In this document: in pieces, positions 62,599-64,000 of the stretch
Position numbering within the stretch: the stretch's first letter is position 1
Layout: every line of letters starts with the position of its first letter
The notes under the pieces: generated by a model
The model's database searches: none
Told to the model about the DNA's origin: nothing
Seen by the model: the letters and a program-made list of their open reading frames with translations, nothing else
Assembly: GCA_963709345.1 (NCBI GenBank)
Contig: CAVPVX010000007.1
Coordinates: 224,001 to 288,000 of the forward strand
Length of the DNA stretch: 64,000 nt
Source of the DNA: an uncultured Actinomycetes bacterium
GTDB lineage: Bacteria > Actinomycetota > Thermoleophilia > UBA2241
Direction: 5' to 3'
Program-made: the position numbers and the translations under genes

Positions 62599-64000
62599 CT
62601 ACGTCTCGTCCTCGTCGATCGCCGCCTCGCGCGCCTGCGACAGAAACCACTCCTGGGCGTTCAGCGGGTCTTCCCCGTCGGACGGCACGACGTGCGTCCA
62701 GGCTCCGTCGGCGCCCAGCACCCGCGTCTTCTGATTGTCGGCGAGATACGTGGGCAGGATCTCGTCGCGGATCCGCGCCCGGATGCCGGCGTCCTGCACC
62801 GGGAAGATGACCTCCACGCGCCGGTTGAGATTGCGCGGCATGAGGTCGGCGCTCCCCAGGAGCACCTCGTCGTCGCCGCCGTTGCGGAACCAGTACACGC
62901 GGCTGTGCTCGAGAAAGCGCCCGACGACGCTGCGCTCGGTGATCGTCTCGCTGACGCCCGGCACGCCCGGCCGCAGGCAGCACATGCCGCGCACGTTGAG
63001 CTCGATCTTCACGCCCGCCTGCGAGGCTCGGTAGAGCCTGCGGATCATCGGCTTGTCGACCAAGGAGTTCATCTTGAAGATGATGTGCGCCTCTTCCCCG
63101 CGCTCCGCGAACGCGATCTCGCGGTCGATGCGCGCGGCGATGCCCTGACGCAGGTTGATGGGCGCGACCAGCAGCTTGCGATAGTCGGTCGCCTGCCCGC
63201 CGCCGGTGAGGTGATTGAAGACAAGCGTCGCGTCGGCGCCGATGTCGTCGTCGGCGGTGAAGTAGCCGAGGTCGGTGTACTGCTTCGTCGTCACGCTGTT
63301 GTAGTTGCCGGTACCGAGGTGCGTGTAGCGGCGGATCCTCTCGCCCTCGCGGCGCACGACGAGCAGCGACTTGCAGTGCGTCTTGAGGCCGAGAAGGCCG
63401 TAGACCACGTGCGCACCCTCGCGCTCGAGCGCCTTGGCCCAGCCGATGTTGCTCTCCTCGTCGAAGCGCGCCTTGAGCTCGACGAGGACGGCGACCTGCT
63501 TGCCGTTGGCCGCGGCCTCCATGAGCTGCTCGACCGCCGGGGCATTGCGGCCGCAGCGATAGAGCGTCTGCTTGATGGCGAGGACGTCGGGGTCGTCGGC
63601 CGCGGCGCGGAGGAACTCGACCACGGGGTCGAACGAGTCGTAGGGGTGGTGAAGGAGCACGTCGCGCTGGCGGATGGCGGCGAAGATGTCGCTGCCCTCG
63701 AGCCCCTGCAGCGACGGCGGGACGGACTGGACCAGCGGCGGGTACTTGAGATCGGGGCGGTCGATGCTGCCGGCGCCCCACAGGCTGCTGAGCCCGAGCG
63801 GCGACTTGACCGAGTAGACGTCGGTCTCCTCGAGCTCCAGGTTCTCGGCAAGGATGCCGCGCACCCGCTCGGGCATGGTCTCGTCGATCGTGACCCGGAT
63901 GACGGAGCCGAAGCGCCGGCGGCGCACGAACTGCTCGATCGTCTCGAGCAGGTCGTCGGCCTCCAGCTCCTGGATCGCGAGTTCGGCGTCGCGAGTCACG
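62599..64000 (-). CDS. ppk1: Polyphosphate kinase 1 (5' end outside window)
   Basis: LLHHPYDSF, IKQTLYR, ELKARFDEE.NI, KTHCK, GTGNYN, GRFLEHSR, SADLM.RNL.RRVE. Confidence 0.96.
   Translation of the reverse strand, partial: VTRDAELAIQELEADDLLETIEQFVRRRRFGSVIRVTIDETMPERVRGILAENLELEETDVYSVKSPLGLSSLWGAGSIDRPDLKYPPLVQSVPPSLQGLEGSDIFAAIRQRDVLLHHPYDSFDPVVEFLRAAADDPDVLAIKQTLYRCGRNAPAVEQLMEAAANGKQVAVLVELKARFDEESNIGWAKALEREGAHVVYGLLGLKTHCKSLLVVRREGERIRRYTHLGTGNYNSVTTKQYTDLGYFTADDDIGADATLVFNHLTGGGQATDYRKLLVAPINLRQGIAARIDREIAFAERGEEAHIIFKMNSLVDKPMIRRLYRASQAGVKIELNVRGMCCLRPGVPGVSETITERSVVGRFLEHSRVYWFRNGGDDEVLLGSADLMPRNLNRRVEVIFPVQDAGIRARIRDEILPTYLADNQKTRVLGADGAWTHVVPSDGEDPLNAQEWFLSQAREAAIDEDET

Overview
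Very GC-rich chromosomal window. Gene content suggests an anaerobic or facultative Actinomycetota, plausibly Thermoleophilia-like (inference only). From left to right it holds: a UroD/MtaA-family gene with a DUF1638-PAS-GGDEF cyclase; hisG; an arsenic-resistance cluster (two ArsR, arsM, arsP, phosphoesterase, acr3, thioredoxins); an orphan type IV pilin; GH18 and fasciclin genes; paralogous membrane and nucleotidyltransferase-fold pairs; ABC-F; a MutY lacking its Fe-S motif; two unannotated paralogous peptide ORFs behind a consensus promoter with a Rex/CRP-like operator; a PlsA/PlsR (Ger)-like pair, an amidase and a radical SAM enzyme; then a c-di-GMP-I riboswitch leading an operon of a secreted subtilase with a 10x KFRW repeat tail, a membrane PP2C phosphatase, an anti-sigma kinase and a STAS protein. 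A decayed accessory island (toxin-antitoxin, ankyrin, nucleotidase) abuts tRNA-Phe, followed by K+ uptake genes, hppA, MTAP, a CoA-transferase and a polyphosphate cluster (ppx, CYTH-HTH-CHAD, sixA, partial ppk1). The best candidate for an undescribed system is the riboswitch-controlled protease/repeat-peptide/partner-switching operon (37885-42561). About eight single-base frameshifts, mostly in short homopolymers, look like assembly errors, so several pseudogene calls may be intact genes. All calls come from motif recognition by eye; no database searches were run.
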